Shown here: positions 42,765 through 54,199 of the stretch, piece after piece | How positions within the stretch are numbered: position 1 is the first letter of the stretch | Layout: the number at the start of each line of letters is the position of its first letter | Assembly (NCBI GenBank): GCA_016776605.1 | Contig: JADHTB010000010.1 | Location: 8,727-72,726 of the forward strand | Length of the DNA: 64,000 nt | Direction: 5' to 3' | Source of the DNA: Alphaproteobacteria bacterium | GTDB lineage: Bacteria > Pseudomonadota > Alphaproteobacteria > GCA-2731375 | Notes under the pieces: generated by a model | Seen by the model: only the letters and a program-made list of their open reading frames with translations | What the model was told of the DNA's origin: nothing | The model's database searches: none | Made by a program: the position numbers and the translations under genes

Positions 42765-42854
42765 TGTCCGAACGTTTGCACTTGTCCGAATGTTTGCACT
42801 TCTCTGAATGTTTGCACTTCTCTGAATGTTTGCACTTCTCTGAACGTTTTCACT
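42765..42854. repeat. Five 18-bp direct tandem repeats (TGTCCGAATGTTTGCACT variants) in the ftsZ-lpxC intergenic region, immediately 5' of lpxC
   Basis: Units at 42765, 42783, 42801, 42819 and 42837. They are preceded by 2 x CAAACTTAAC. The apparent coding potential on the plus strand is a repeat artefact. Confidence 0.85.
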
Positions 42855-43049
42855 TCGCTTCGACACCCGCATCCACCAGTCGGCTTCTTCGAGCAAAGGC
42901 GCCAAATCGAATTATCCTTAAAAGAGAACACCTTGGGTCAGGTTATTAGCAACCCATCCCAAGATGCTCAAATCAAACTTTATTACATTTCATTACGGCG
43001 CCAATCCGGCGAAACATAGTTAACCCAGTGGGCTGACGCCGCCCATGCC

Positions 43050-44810
43050 TTAGTTAGCCTGCCGGCGTAGAAATGACGGAATTTCAAGTAGATCCTCCTC
43101 GGTTTGCGGCGGCGCCAGGGGCCGGGTCGGCTCTAAGGGCGCCGTCTCCGGCGCGGAGGCCAGGGTTTGTCCGCCGGCCGCCGGCGTAGCGGGTGGCGTG
43201 GTCTCCATAGTGACATCGGGGGCTGTCTCCCGGCGCATTTTTTCCGGAGTGGGCGATTCGAACCTGGGTTGCACCTGGGCCGGTGGCGCCGCCGATGCCA
43301 ATTCGGGCGCTTCTTTACGCCGGAACAGGGAAAAGCCCCGGGCCTTACGCTTGGCCGGCTGATCCGTTGGGTTCAGGGCTTCTGCTTCCGCCAGGGGGTC
43401 GGGTTGACGCAGCAAGCTACGGTCCCTCTCCGGCCGGCTGGCGGGCGGCGCGATAAAAGGTCCGTCTTCTACACTGACATCGACCGTCTGTTGCGGCCGC
43501 GGCGCCACGGGCTCGGGCTCCGCCTGGGGTGGTTTGGGCGCCGGGACCCGCTGGCCGAAGGTCAAGGGCAAGGGCAAGGCCGGTGGTGCTTCCATCGCGG
43601 CTGGCGGCACCTCCGTAATGGTTTCGGGTACGGCCTCGGCGATGGTTTGCACCGCCGCGGCGACCGCCGCCGCGGCCTCGGCTTCCGTTTCAGCCGGGCT
43701 TTCGGCAGCCGGCAGGGGAGACAATTCAGGCGCGGCGACCTCTGGTGCGGCCTCCATAGGCGCCACGGCCGTCTCGCTCGAGATTGGGCGTCCGGCCACG
43801 GCGGCCAGGCGTGGCGACGTGATCAGCGGGCGCTGAGCACCTTCTTCAATCTCAATTCCAGTTGCCACGACAGAGACCCGCATGCGCCCATTCAGGCTGT
43901 CATCCAGCGCCGATCCAACGATAATGTTCGCATTCGGGTCGACTTCCTGACGGACCCGGTTGGCCGCCTCGTCTACCTCGTACAGGGTCAGGTCCATGCC
44001 ACCGGTGATGTTGATTAAGACGCCACGGGCTCCCTGCATCGAGACATCATCAAGCAACGGATTCGAAATCGCTGCCTCGGCCGATTCGATGGCGCGGTTT
44101 TCGCCTTCCGCCTCGCCCGTGCCCATCATGGCTTTACCCATCTCCGCCATAACCGTTCTGACGTCGGCGAAGTCCAGATTGATCAGGCCGGGCAGGACCA
44201 TCAGATCGGTGATGCCACGGACACCGGAATGCAACACGTCGTCGGCCATGGAGAAGGCATCGGCGAAGGTGGTTTTTTCGTTGGCGATCCGGAACAAATT
44301 CTGGTTGGGAATAACAATCAGGGTATCGACGAAGGATTGCAGCTCTTCAATGCCGCGTTCCGCCGACAGCAGACGCTGTCCGCCTTCGAATTGAAATGGC
44401 TTGGTCACCACGCCCACGGTAAGAATACCCTGGGCCCGCAAGGCCTCGGCGATGACCGGCGCGGCGCCGGTGCCGGTGCCGCCGCCCATGCCAGCAGTGA
44501 TGAAAGCCATATGCGTGCCTGTCATATGATCGAGAATCTGCCCGATGGCTTCTTCCGCCGCCGCGCGGCCAACGTCCGGCCGGGCACCACAACCCAGGCC
44601 CTGGGTGATGCTCGCGCCCAACTGGATGCGCCGTTCCGCCTTGCTATGGGACAAGGCTTGGGAATCCGTATTGGCGACGATAAAATCGACCCCCTCCAGG
44701 CCGGAGGAAATCATATTGTTGACAGCGTTGCCGCCGGCACCGCCGACGCCAATCACCACAATACGGGGTTTCAGTTCAGTCAATTGCGGGGCATTTAGGT
44801 TGATGGTCAT
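43050..44810 (-). CDS. ftsZ: Cell division protein FtsZ (long Pro/Ala-rich C-terminal linker)
   Basis: GGGTGTG tubulin signature and the N-terminus MTINLNAPQ...[17 protein letters not shown]. Confidence 0.97.
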   Translation of the reverse strand: MTINLNAPQLTELKPRIVVIGVGGAGGNAVNNMISSGLEGVDFIVANTDSQALSHSKAERRIQLGASITQGLGCGARPDVGRAAAEEAIGQILDHMTGTHMAFITAGMGGGTGTGAAPVIAEALRAQGILTVGVVTKPFQFEGGQRLLSAERGIEELQSFVDTLIVIPNQNLFRIANEKTTFADAFSMADDVLHSGVRGITDLMVLPGLINLDFADVRTVMAEMGKAMMGTGEAEGENRAIESAEAAISNPLLDDVSMQGARGVLINITGGMDLTLYEVDEAANRVRQEVDPNANIIVGSALDDSLNGRMRVSVVATGIEIEEGAQRPLITSPRLAAVAGRPISSETAVAPMEAAPEVAAPELSPLPAAESPAETEAEAAAAVAAAVQTIAEAVPETITEVPPAAMEAPPALPLPLTFGQRVPAPKPPQAEPEPVAPRPQQTVDVSVEDGPFIAPPASRPERDRSLLRQPDPLAEAEALNPTDQPAKRKARGFSLFRRKEAPELASAAPPAQVQPRFESPTPEKMRRETAPDVTMETTPPATPAAGGQTLASAPETAPLEPTRPLAPPQTEEDLLEIPSFLRRQAN

Positions 44811-44976
44811 GGCTCAGGTCTCCTTTACCTATTGGCGCCGGTGCGCAATGCGATACTGCGTCGGTTGGTTAAGATGGGTTTGGTTTCGGTGAACGCTATT
44901 AAAACAGGGTCTGCGACACGATTGGCTGACGGCATCTTCTTCAGGACCGCCGGTATTGCTGGTGAAATCCGCATGC

Positions 44977-46227
44977 TTAAAAATTCTCCTTGAACCAGCG
45001 GCCCAGGCGGTGAATTCGCCCCGCCCCCGTGCCGGCTTCGCTAATGGGTTCCATGTGTTGCTGGCCGGGTTCGTGCTGGGCATAGGCTAACAACCCCGCG
45101 GCGGAGGCGAAGGCCGGCCCTTCGGTCACTTCCGCCAGGCCATGGATGCCCAGGGGGCGGCCAACCCGAACCTGTTTGTCCAATACGCGGGCCGCGTGTT
45201 CGCGCACCCCGGTCAATAGAGCACTACCACCCGTCAACACCGCGCGCCGCCCAGCGGTCCGCGCCAGGCCCGAGGCCTGCAGACGATCACGCACCAGTTC
45301 CAGGGTTTCCTCAATCCGGGGCTGGATGATGCCAACCAACATTGAGCGTGGAATTTGTTGCACGGCATCGGCGCCGCTTTCCCCGACCCGGGGCACGCTG
45401 ACCATGGCGTGTTCATCATCCGGGCCCGCCACCGCACTGCCATGCAGCGTCTTCAAGCGTTCCGCATGGGCGCTGGACGTGGACAGACCGCGCGCAATAT
45501 CATTGGTGACATGATTGCCGCCAACGGGCACCTGGTCCGTATGGATCATATGACCGTCGTAAAAGATGGCGACATCGGTGCTGCCACCACCCATATCGAT
45601 CAAGGTCACGCCCAGATCCATTTCGTCCTCGACCAGTGTCGACAGACCCGAGGCGTAGGGGGCCACCACCAGAGCGGCGATTTCCAGATGGCAGCGTTCC
45701 GCCAACAGCTTCAAATTCCGCAGCGGTCCCATAGCGGCGGATACCACATGCAGACGCAATCCCAGGCGCGAGCCAAACATCCCGCGCGGCTCGCGATAGC
45801 CTGGCGTCCCGTCGATGGAATAGCCGGTAGGAATAGCATTTAATATTTCCCGGCCCTCGCTACTGCGTCGAGCCAGCAGATGGGCCTGGGCCAGAGCGCG
45901 TTTCAGATCGCGTTCGCCGATCTCATGACCTGCGATATCAGTTTCCACATCGATCAGGCGCGAGGCGGGCCGCCCACCGGAAAAACTCAACAGCACGCGG
46001 TCGACGCGTTCCTTGGCCATACGCTCGGCTGCATCCACCGCCCCACGCACGGCCTCTTCGGCCGCGTCCATATCGATCACCGTGCCCGCGCGCATACCCT
46101 TGGCGACTTGGTGCCCTATACCGATGACCCGCATGCCGCCGGCACCATCGGACCGGGCGATAAAGCAACAAACTTTGGTGCTGCCGATATCCAGGGCGGT
46201 GATCAGACCATTTTTGCCGACAGCCAT
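44977..46227 (-). CDS. ftsA: Cell division protein FtsA
   Basis: Actin-fold ATPase with FtsA-family similarity throughout. Confidence 0.95.
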   Translation of the reverse strand: MAVGKNGLITALDIGSTKVCCFIARSDGAGGMRVIGIGHQVAKGMRAGTVIDMDAAEEAVRGAVDAAERMAKERVDRVLLSFSGGRPASRLIDVETDIAGHEIGERDLKRALAQAHLLARRSSEGREILNAIPTGYSIDGTPGYREPRGMFGSRLGLRLHVVSAAMGPLRNLKLLAERCHLEIAALVVAPYASGLSTLVEDEMDLGVTLIDMGGGSTDVAIFYDGHMIHTDQVPVGGNHVTNDIARGLSTSSAHAERLKTLHGSAVAGPDDEHAMVSVPRVGESGADAVQQIPRSMLVGIIQPRIEETLELVRDRLQASGLARTAGRRAVLTGGSALLTGVREHAARVLDKQVRVGRPLGIHGLAEVTEGPAFASAAGLLAYAQHEPGQQHMEPISEAGTGAGRIHRLGRWFKENF

Positions 46228-46228
46228 A

Positions 46229-47146
46229 TCAGGTGTCCTTCCCGCTTTTATGTTTTCTGGCCGCCGCTTCCGGTGTCAGACGCAAAACCAGGCGATCGGG
46301 CAGACGCAGGTCGATGGCCACGACATCGCGTTCAAAAATACGCTGTTCGGCGACCAGCTCGGCTAACCGGCTCCAGGCATCCGCGGCCTGAACCTCGGGC
46401 AAATGCACTTTGATGCCGTTCTTCAAACTTATGTCCCAACGACGCGAACCAATCCGTACAGCCGCCCGAACCTGGGCAAACAACGCCGGCTTTTGCGACA
46501 GCATGTCGATCAGGGCAGCGGCCGTGGCTGGCGCGTCCAGGCCCACCACGACGGGCAGATAGGCAAACCGCGCAAGGTTGTTCCGGGTGATCGGATTTCC
46601 GCCGCGATCGATTAGGACATGGCGGCCCTCGTACTGCCAGAGAGCCAGTGCCTTGCGCTCACTCAGATGCACCACGATGGTGTCGGGCAACCGGCGTTCG
46701 ACCCGGGCCGTCTCCACCCAGCCCAGCCGCAGCAATTTTTCCCGCGCCTGGACCGGGTCAAAGGCCAGGATCGATTGACCGCTCAAAACCCCCATGGCGC
46801 GCAGTACCTCGGGCTTGCTGGTTTCGGCCCGCCCGGTGACAAAGACATGCCGCACCGTCAGGCCCGCCCGCGCGATCTGCCGGTTGCTCCAGCTGGTCAG
46901 ATTGGCACTTGCCGTTGTTATTACCTGGCCAACAATGCCGCTTTGATGGATCTGCCAGGCCGCGATACCCGACCCGGCTAGCATGACGGCGAACAGCGAC
47001 AGCACGATCAGGCGCCGCCGCGGCGACCAACGCTGGGGACGTCCGCGCCCAGGACGCCGGCGTGCCGAAACAGCCTTACCTTGGCCGCTCTTGCCCTGGC
47101 TGGCCCCGCCGTCTGCCGGCCTGAAAAATTGCATCAGCGCGCGCAT
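46229..47146 (-). CDS. ftsQ: Cell division protein FtsQ
   Basis: Arg-rich N-terminus, a transmembrane segment, and POTRA plus FtsQ beta domains. The start is uncertain and overlaps ddl. Confidence 0.85.
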   Translation of the reverse strand: MRALMQFFRPADGGASQGKSGQGKAVSARRRPGRGRPQRWSPRRRLIVLSLFAVMLAGSGIAAWQIHQSGIVGQVITTASANLTSWSNRQIARAGLTVRHVFVTGRAETSKPEVLRAMGVLSGQSILAFDPVQAREKLLRLGWVETARVERRLPDTIVVHLSERKALALWQYEGRHVLIDRGGNPITRNNLARFAYLPVVVGLDAPATAAALIDMLSQKPALFAQVRAAVRIGSRRWDISLKNGIKVHLPEVQAADAWSRLAELVAEQRIFERDVVAIDLRLPDRLVLRLTPEAAARKHKSGKDT

Positions 47147-48045
47147 CCGGCGTCCTCCACCATCCAGCGCACCAGGGCGGCAAAGTCGATATCGCAATGG
47201 GCGGCAAGTTCCGGCACCAACGAGGTCTGCGTCATGCCCGGCTGGGTATTGACCTCCAACATGTAGAGTGCACCCGGCTCTCCGTTAGTATCGTCATAGC
47301 GGAAGTCAGCCCGGCTAACCCCGCGGCAGCCCAGGGCAATATGGGCCTGTTCGGATAGGGCCAGGGCCTGGGCGTAGCTTTCCGCATGGATTGGCGCCGG
47401 TATCAGATGCTGGGATCCGCCCGTGTCATATTTCGCCGCATAATCATAGAAACCGCTGTCGGTCCTGATTTCGATCACCCCAAGGGCCCGGCCATCCATC
47501 ACCGCGACGGTCAATTCCCGTCCCGGAATGAAACGTTCCGCCAGAACCGCATCGCCGAACTGCCAGTCCGCGCCAATGGGCGGGTTGTTATCGCCGCCGC
47601 GCACGACCCGAACGCCAAAAGTGGAGCCTTCGCCGGGTGGCTTGACCACATAGGGACGGGGCAGCGGATCTTTTGCATTAACCGCCGCCACCGTTGTCAG
47701 ATGGCCTTCAGCACAAGGAATACCGTGGGCCCGGAAAACCGCCAGCGCCGATGGTTTGTGCATGGCCACCGCCGAGGCGCGAACGCCGGAATGGGTATAG
47801 GGCAGGCCCATAAACTCCAACAGGCCCTGGACACAGCCATCTTCGCCCCAACGGCCATGCAGCGCGTTGAATACGACCTCGGGCTTCAGTTCCGTCAGGC
47901 GTTGGGCCAGATCGGGACCAGCATCAATTTCACTAACCCGATAGCCGGCAGCACGCAGCCCCACGGCACAGGCCGCGCCGGTATCCAGCGAAACCGGGCG
48001 CTCGGCCGATCTACCCCCCATCAGCACCGCGACGTGAGTGTTCAT
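47134..48045 (-). CDS. ddl: D-alanine--D-alanine ligase
   Basis: ATP-grasp enzyme with Ddl family motifs; 303 aa. Confidence 0.95.
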   Translation of the reverse strand: MNTHVAVLMGGRSAERPVSLDTGAACAVGLRAAGYRVSEIDAGPDLAQRLTELKPEVVFNALHGRWGEDGCVQGLLEFMGLPYTHSGVRASAVAMHKPSALAVFRAHGIPCAEGHLTTVAAVNAKDPLPRPYVVKPPGEGSTFGVRVVRGGDNNPPIGADWQFGDAVLAERFIPGRELTVAVMDGRALGVIEIRTDSGFYDYAAKYDTGGSQHLIPAPIHAESYAQALALSEQAHIALGCRGVSRADFRYDDTNGEPGALYMLEVNTQPGMTQTSLVPELAAHCDIDFAALVRWMVEDAGCAR

Positions 48046-49073
48046 GGCGCCACCTCGGTCAAGATCGGTTCGGGGGCGCTAACAGATGCATTAACAGGTG
48101 CGTTATCTGGGGCATGCTCACCAATGCGGCGAATTTCCCATTGCAGCATGACGCCGCTACGCGCGTGAACCCGGCGGCGGACTTCTTCGCCCAGGGCTTC
48201 CAGATCGGCAGCGGTGGCATCGCCGGTATTGATCAGGAAATTGCAATGCAGCTCCGACACCATGGCGCCGCCGCGCACCAGGCCCCGGCAGCCTGCCCCG
48301 TCGATCAGTTCCCAGGCGCTATTGCCTTCGGCGCTGCCGCCGGCAGGACGGCCGTCGCCAAAATCGCCGCTTACCGGATTTTTAAAAGTGCTGCCGCCGG
48401 TGCGGGTATTGACCGGCTGGCTATCCTTACGGGCCTGACGCACTTCCTGCATGCGGGCCGAAATCTCTTCCCGGTCACCATGCTCGCCCTTAAATTGAGC
48501 GGCGGTGAAGATCCAGTCCTCCGGCGCGCCGCAATGGCGATAGCTCAAGTCCAGTTCATCCACCGTTACCCGGTGCAGCGTTCCAGCCCCATCCACGGCT
48601 TCGGCCCAGACCAGCACGTCGCGAATGGCCCGGCCATAGGCGCCCGCATTCATGCGCAAACCGCCACCTAGCGTACCTGGAATGCCACGCATGAACTCAA
48701 ACCCGACCAGTCCGGCATCGCGGCAAATCCGGGCCAGATTGACATCCAAAGCGCCGGCCCCGGCGGTGATCGTTGTGCCATCTACCGCGATCTCGGAAAA
48801 TGATTTGTCCAGCCGAATGACCACACCGCGCACCCCGCCATCCCGGATCAGCAGGTTCGAACCAAGGCCCAGTACGGTACGGGGAATGTCGTCGGGGCAG
48901 GCCGCCAGGAATGCCGCCAGATCAGCGGCATCGGCGGGACGGAAGACCACATCGGCCGGCCCTCCCACCCGGAACCAGGTGCTGCCGGACAGATCCACGT
49001 TCTCGATATAACGCCCCCGCACCGGCGGCAGGCGGGACAGCAAGGTGAAGTGAGGTTGCCGGGAGGCCATCAT
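48042..49073 (-). CDS. murB: UDP-N-acetylenolpyruvoylglucosamine reductase
   Basis: FAD-binding PCMH domain and MurB C-terminal domain. Confidence 0.93.
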   Translation of the reverse strand: MMASRQPHFTLLSRLPPVRGRYIENVDLSGSTWFRVGGPADVVFRPADAADLAAFLAACPDDIPRTVLGLGSNLLIRDGGVRGVVIRLDKSFSEIAVDGTTITAGAGALDVNLARICRDAGLVGFEFMRGIPGTLGGGLRMNAGAYGRAIRDVLVWAEAVDGAGTLHRVTVDELDLSYRHCGAPEDWIFTAAQFKGEHGDREEISARMQEVRQARKDSQPVNTRTGGSTFKNPVSGDFGDGRPAGGSAEGNSAWELIDGAGCRGLVRGGAMVSELHCNFLINTGDATAADLEALGEEVRRRVHARSGVMLQWEIRRIGEHAPDNAPVNASVSAPEPILTEVAP

Positions 49074-50506
49074 GGGGCATCTCCCATCGCCTTTTGCGCC
49101 AGCAGCAAGGGGGCCAGTTGCGCCGGCAAAGCGTTGGCCCAGGCGCTAATGGTACCGGCGCCCAGGCAGACCACCATATCGCCGGCACGTATATGGGGGG
49201 TGATCAAGGCCGCCAAATCTTCCGGCTTATCCAATGCCAGCACCCGGCGGTGGCCGCGCGCCGTCAGGCCCTGGATCAGGGCGTCTCGGTTCATGCCCTC
49301 GATTGGCGCCTCGCCGGCGGCATGCACATGCGCCACAGCCACCACGTGGGCGTCATTAAAGCAGGTACAGAAATCTTCGAACAAATCGCGCAACCGGCTG
49401 AAACGGTGGGGCTGAACCACGGCGATGACATGGCCATCACAGGCGGCCCGGGCAGCCTTCAACACGGCGGCGATTTCGACAGGGTGATGGCCATAATCGT
49501 CAATCACCGAAACACCACCCACCTCGCCGGTTTTGGTGAAGCGCCGCTTGACCCCGGAGAAACCGGCCAAGCCGTCAAGCAGGGCATTATCGGCAAGCTT
49601 CATTTCCAGACCGACAGCAATCGCGGCCAGGGCATTCAAGACGTTGTGTTCCCCATGCATGGGCAAGTGAAAGCCTTGCACCAGACGGGTTTCGTCGCTG
49701 CTCCGATCGGTTAGGACAACAGCGAACCGCATGCCATCCGGGCCGGCACTGACATCAACGGCGCGCACCGCGGCCTGGGGGCTGAAGCCATAAGTCACGA
49801 CGCGCCGGTCCGAGATCCGGCCAATCAGGGCCTGCACCTCTGGGTGATCCAAACACATCACCGCAAAGCCATAGAAGGGGATGTTTTCGATGAAACTTTG
49901 AAAAGCCGCCCGCTCGACATCGAAGTCGCCATAAAAATCCAGATGCTCGGGGTCTATATTGGTGACCACGGCGATGGTTGCGGGCAGCTTGGTGAAACTG
50001 CCGTCGCTTTCGTCTGCTTCCACCACCATCCAATCGCCGGCGCCCAACCTGGCGTTCGTACCATAGGCATTGATGATGCCGCCGTTAATCACCGTCGGGT
50101 CATAGTTGGCCTGATCCAGGATCGCCGCGATCATCGATGTTGTGGTGGTCTTGCCATGGGTGCCGCCCACGGCGATGGACCATTTCAGGCGCATCAGTTC
50201 GGCCAGCATCTCGGCCCGGCGCACGACGGGGATCATAGCGTCCCGCGCCGCCAGAACTTCCGGATTGTCGGGCTGCACGGCAGACGAAATCACCACCACC
50301 TGTGCCTCGCCCAGATTTTCCGCCACATGGCCGATTTTCGCCTCGATGCCCAAGGCGCGCAGGCGGCTCACATTGGCGCCTTCCGCCTGGTCGCTGCCCT
50401 GGACCCGATAGCCCAGATTATGCATGACCTCGGCAATGCCGCTCATGCCGATACCGCCGATGCCGACGAAATGAATGACTCCGATATCCAATGGCAATGC
50501 CGTCAT
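49070..50506 (-). CDS. murC: UDP-N-acetylmuramate--L-alanine ligase
   Basis: N-terminus [12 protein letters not shown] and Mur ligase domains. Confidence 0.95.
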   Translation of the reverse strand: MTALPLDIGVIHFVGIGGIGMSGIAEVMHNLGYRVQGSDQAEGANVSRLRALGIEAKIGHVAENLGEAQVVVISSAVQPDNPEVLAARDAMIPVVRRAEMLAELMRLKWSIAVGGTHGKTTTTSMIAAILDQANYDPTVINGGIINAYGTNARLGAGDWMVVEADESDGSFTKLPATIAVVTNIDPEHLDFYGDFDVERAAFQSFIENIPFYGFAVMCLDHPEVQALIGRISDRRVVTYGFSPQAAVRAVDVSAGPDGMRFAVVLTDRSSDETRLVQGFHLPMHGEHNVLNALAAIAVGLEMKLADNALLDGLAGFSGVKRRFTKTGEVGGVSVIDDYGHHPVEIAAVLKAARAACDGHVIAVVQPHRFSRLRDLFEDFCTCFNDAHVVAVAHVHAAGEAPIEGMNRDALIQGLTARGHRRVLALDKPEDLAALITPHIRAGDMVVCLGAGTISAWANALPAQLAPLLLAQKAMGDAP

Positions 50507-51633
50507 GCCGCCGCCCTCCGGCGCACGCCATTGGCGGCCACGGCCAAGACCAGATCGGCCAATAGAACCGCAGCATTCGGCTGCGCGCGGCCGCGTGCGG
50601 CCTGGGCCGCTGCGTGCAGTAAATCCGGCGCCTGCATCAGCTTGGCCAGAAGAGCCGCCAGGACGGGCACGGTCAGGTCGGCCTCGGGCAGCAGCCAGGC
50701 GCCACCGACGGCACTTAAAACCCCGGCGTTGCTGGTTTGATGATCATCGGTGGCATGGGCATAGGGCACCAACACGCTGGGCCGGCCCGCCGCCGCCAAT
50801 TCGCTGACGGTGCCGGCGCCGCTGCGGGCGATGACCAGATGCGCGGCGGCCAGACGGGCCGGCAAATCGGCAAAAAATGCGGCGGTTTCCGCCTCTATTC
50901 CCGCCTCGGCATAGATTTGGCGCACCGCCTCCAGGTCCTCTTCCCGGCATTGCTGCACCACGCGCAGGCGCTGACGCTGGTCTGGCGCCAAGGCCAGCAG
51001 GGTCCGCGGGATGACCTCGCTAAACCTGCGGGCACCCTGGCTGCCACCAAAAATCAGTAATTGGAACGGCCCATCCGGCGCCGGCGCCAGATAGGCCTGT
51101 TCGGCCAGCGCTAATATGTCGGCGCGAACAGGATTGCCGGTGACCAGTTTTGGCTCGCGGCAGGCGCGTGGCAGTCCCTTTGTCGCGGGGAATGAAGTCG
51201 CGATGGCGTCAACCCGGCGGGCAATCAGGCGGTTGACCCGGCCCAGTACCGCATTCTGCTCATGCACCGCGCGGGGCACGGATAGGGATATCGCCGCCAG
51301 CATGGTGGGCAGGGAAGGATAGCCGCCAAAGCCGACGACCGCCGCCGGATCGACCCGGCGGATCAGACGCCGCGCCTGAATGGTGCCAAGGGCGATGCGC
51401 GCCAATGCCATCACCTTGCCCAGCCCGGCCCGCCCGGACGGCGTGGCGGAAGTAATACGGTGGACGGTCCGGCCCGGAAAACGGCTGTTGAAATCATCGC
51501 CCCGCCCGTCGGTCACGATGTCCACCGCCCGGCCGCGCCGGTCAAGCTCAGCCGCCAGGGCCTGTGCCGGGAAAACATGGCCGCCGGTTCCCCCTGCCGC
51601 CAACATGATGGGTCCCATGGCCGTCCTGTTCAT
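50503..51633 (-). CDS. murG: UDP-GlcNAc:undecaprenyl-PP-MurNAc-pentapeptide GlcNAc transferase
   Basis: GT28 family; N-terminal [10 protein letters not shown] motif. Confidence 0.95.
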   Translation of the reverse strand: MNRTAMGPIMLAAGGTGGHVFPAQALAAELDRRGRAVDIVTDGRGDDFNSRFPGRTVHRITSATPSGRAGLGKVMALARIALGTIQARRLIRRVDPAAVVGFGGYPSLPTMLAAISLSVPRAVHEQNAVLGRVNRLIARRVDAIATSFPATKGLPRACREPKLVTGNPVRADILALAEQAYLAPAPDGPFQLLIFGGSQGARRFSEVIPRTLLALAPDQRQRLRVVQQCREEDLEAVRQIYAEAGIEAETAAFFADLPARLAAAHLVIARSGAGTVSELAAAGRPSVLVPYAHATDDHQTSNAGVLSAVGGAWLLPEADLTVPVLAALLAKLMQAPDLLHAAAQAARGRAQPNAAVLLADLVLAVAANGVRRRAAA

Positions 51634-52754
51634 GGCAGCCCCCCAAGATTGGGACGCCGCCGGGTCAGGGACAACACCATACCCATGGCCAATGCCAGCG
51701 CCAGCAAGGACGACCCGCCGTAGGAGATGAAGGGCAATGTCATGCCCTTGGTCGGCAGCAGGTTTAGATTGACGCCAATGTTGATCACCGCCTGCAAACC
51801 AAATTGGGTCAACAGGCCAGCGGCGGCCAACAGCACGAAAAGATCCTCTTCACGCAACAATCTGGCGAAGCCGCGCAGGGTGATGAAGCCGAACAGGGCA
51901 ATAATAATCAGGCAGGCGATCAGGCCGAACTCCTCGCCGGCGACCGAAAAGACGAAGTCCGTGTGAGCATCGGGCAGCACCCGCTTGATCATGCCTTCGC
52001 CTGGCCCGCGACCCAGCAACCCGCCTTGGCCAAAGGCATCCATGGCCCGGTCAATCTGATAGGAATCGCCGCTGGCCGGATCCAGGAAGCGGTCAATTCG
52101 GCTGGCGACATGGGGGATCATGGCATAAGCCAGAATGGCGCCCGTCAGGCCCAGACCCGCCAGGGCCGCAATCCAGATCATGGACAGGCCGGCGATGAAA
52201 CATTGACCGATCCAAACCACCGCGACCACCGCCGTCATGCCAAAATCAGGCTGCATGATCAACAATCCCGCCACCAGGGCGAACAGGACACAACAGATCA
52301 ATCCACCCGGCATCCCCTCGCGCCGCCGTTGTTCCGACAGCAGCCAGGCGGCCACGACGGCAAAGCAGGGTTTGATGAATTCCGATGGCTGGATGGACAA
52401 ACCGGAAAATTGCAGCCAACGGGTCGCGCCCTTGATTTCCGGGCCGAGGAACAGGGTCGCCATCATCAGCAATAGGCCGACGGCGAACCCGACGATGGAA
52501 ATGCGGCGCACGCCACGCGGGCTCATCAAAGAGACAATGAATATCGTGGCCACGGCCATGGGCAGGAAAACCGCCTGGCGCAGCACGAAATGCTGGCTTT
52601 CCAGTTGCAGGCGTTCGGCCACGGCCGGGCTGGCGGCCAGGGTCAACAAAGTGCCGATGGCAATCAACAAGGCAACCGCCAGCAAGGTCCAACGGTCGAC
52701 CGTCCACCACCAGCGGCCAACGACAGAGGTATCGGTGCGTGCGAATGAACTCAC
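51630..52754 (-). CDS. ftsW: Peptidoglycan glycosyltransferase FtsW (SEDS family)
   Basis: Ten transmembrane segments with SEDS family motifs. Placed between murD and murG. Confidence 0.93.
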   Translation of the reverse strand: MSSFARTDTSVVGRWWWTVDRWTLLAVALLIAIGTLLTLAASPAVAERLQLESQHFVLRQAVFLPMAVATIFIVSLMSPRGVRRISIVGFAVGLLLMMATLFLGPEIKGATRWLQFSGLSIQPSEFIKPCFAVVAAWLLSEQRRREGMPGGLICCVLFALVAGLLIMQPDFGMTAVVAVVWIGQCFIAGLSMIWIAALAGLGLTGAILAYAMIPHVASRIDRFLDPASGDSYQIDRAMDAFGQGGLLGRGPGEGMIKRVLPDAHTDFVFSVAGEEFGLIACLIIIALFGFITLRGFARLLREEDLFVLLAAAGLLTQFGLQAVINIGVNLNLLPTKGMTLPFISYGGSSLLALALAMGMVLSLTRRRPNLGGLP

Positions 52755-54196
52755 CGGACCCCTCCCACCGCACGCCGCGGAAAGTCACCATTGACGCCAT
52801 TGCCGCCATTGCCGTTACCGTTACTTTGGCCGGCGATGTCCCGCGCCAGAGCACGAAACTGATCGCCACGGTCTTCAAAGCTGGCGAATTGATCAAAACT
52901 GGCACAGGCCGGCGACAACAGAACAACCCCGCCCGCCCCCTCATGGGCGGCCTTATGGGCCGCGCGCACCGCCGTGGCCAGGTCGCCTGATATTTCGTGG
53001 GCCAGATCGGTCCCCAGGCCTCGGGCGAAATCAGACGCTGCTTCGCCAATCAGAAAGGCCCGGACGATATTGGGGAAATAGGGCGCCAAAGTGGCAATGC
53101 CGCCCTGTTTGGCAATACCGCCCGCAATCCAGTAAATCCGCTTGTACGCCGCAAGGGCATGCGCCGTGGCTTCGGCATTGGTGGCCTTGCTGTCGTTGAC
53201 GAAGACGATATCGCCCTGGCGCGCCACCACTTCCAACCGATGGGGCAGGCCGGGATAATCAGCCAGCGCCGGGACAATTTGCCCCGTGGTCAGGCCCAAG
53301 GCCTCGGCCACGGCAAAGGCCACCGCCGCGTTTTGCCAATTATGGGCGCCGTGCAGGGTCTCAATACCATTCAGATCGGCGACAAGTTCGGCCGGCCGGC
53401 CGCTTCCGGTTCGATACAGCCGGCCGTCACGGGCAAAGACGCCAGCCGCCACTTCGTGGTGAATGGAAATTTCCATCACCTTGCACCCGGCGGCCTGCAT
53501 GGCATGGCAGATCCGCGCCGACCATTCATCGTCGCTGCCGATTACCAGCGTGGCGTCAGGACCGGCCATCTCCAACAAGCGGTGCTTGGCCGCGATATAG
53601 CCATCCATGCCACCGTGACGGTCCAGATGATCGGGGCTGATATTCAACAACGCGACCACCTGGGGCCGCAGTCCCTTGGTCAAATCAATCTGATACGAGG
53701 ACAGCTCCAGAACGTAGGCGCCTGCCGCCGCCAGAACATCGAAGTCCAGGACCGGCCGGCCCAGATTGGCGCCGACCTCCACCGCGCGCCCCGCGCTGGA
53801 CAAAATATGACCCAGCAACGAAGTCGTCGTGGACTTGCCGTTAGTGCCGGTCACCGCCGCCATCGCCGCCGCCGGCCGGGTGCGGGCGAACAGTTCCACA
53901 TCACCCAATATTTCGGCCCCCAGACGATCGGCCAGACCGACCACCATATGGGGCCGGGGATGGGTCAACGGCACGCCGGGGCTCAACACCAGGGCAGCAA
54001 TGCCCTTCCAGGTTTCGGCTGACGGCGCCGCTGCTTCGGCGCCAAGGCTGACCGCATCCAGACGGCGGTCCGGATCATCATCCCAGACCAGCACCCGCGC
54101 ACCACCGGCCACCAGCGCCCGGATCACCGACAGACCGGTCCGTCCCAGGCCAAAGACGGCGACGGTTTTATCTCGATATGTGGTGATCGGGATCAT
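52751..54196 (-). CDS. murD: UDP-N-acetylmuramoylalanine--D-glutamate ligase
   Basis: Mur ligase domains with a MurD-specific N-terminus. Confidence 0.95.
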   Translation of the reverse strand: MIPITTYRDKTVAVFGLGRTGLSVIRALVAGGARVLVWDDDPDRRLDAVSLGAEAAAPSAETWKGIAALVLSPGVPLTHPRPHMVVGLADRLGAEILGDVELFARTRPAAAMAAVTGTNGKSTTTSLLGHILSSAGRAVEVGANLGRPVLDFDVLAAAGAYVLELSSYQIDLTKGLRPQVVALLNISPDHLDRHGGMDGYIAAKHRLLEMAGPDATLVIGSDDEWSARICHAMQAAGCKVMEISIHHEVAAGVFARDGRLYRTGSGRPAELVADLNGIETLHGAHNWQNAAVAFAVAEALGLTTGQIVPALADYPGLPHRLEVVARQGDIVFVNDSKATNAEATAHALAAYKRIYWIAGGIAKQGGIATLAPYFPNIVRAFLIGEAASDFARGLGTDLAHEISGDLATAVRAAHKAAHEGAGGVVLLSPACASFDQFASFEDRGDQFRALARDIAGQSNGNGNGGNGVNGDFPRRAVGGVR

Positions 54197-54199
54197 GAC

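Noticed and set aside
42765-42854. Possible CRISPR array
   Set aside because: The repeats are directly adjacent with no spacers. There are only five units of 18 bp and no cas genes.
42608-42949. 113-aa plus-strand ORF upstream of lpxC
   Set aside because: Its periodic translation (SECLHFSECLHF...) is an artefact of reading through the 18-bp tandem repeats; it is not a gene.
43050-43700. Unusually long Pro/Ala/Glu-rich C-terminal region of FtsZ
   Set aside because: Extended disordered C-terminal linkers before the conserved C-terminal peptide are normal for alphaproteobacterial FtsZ.
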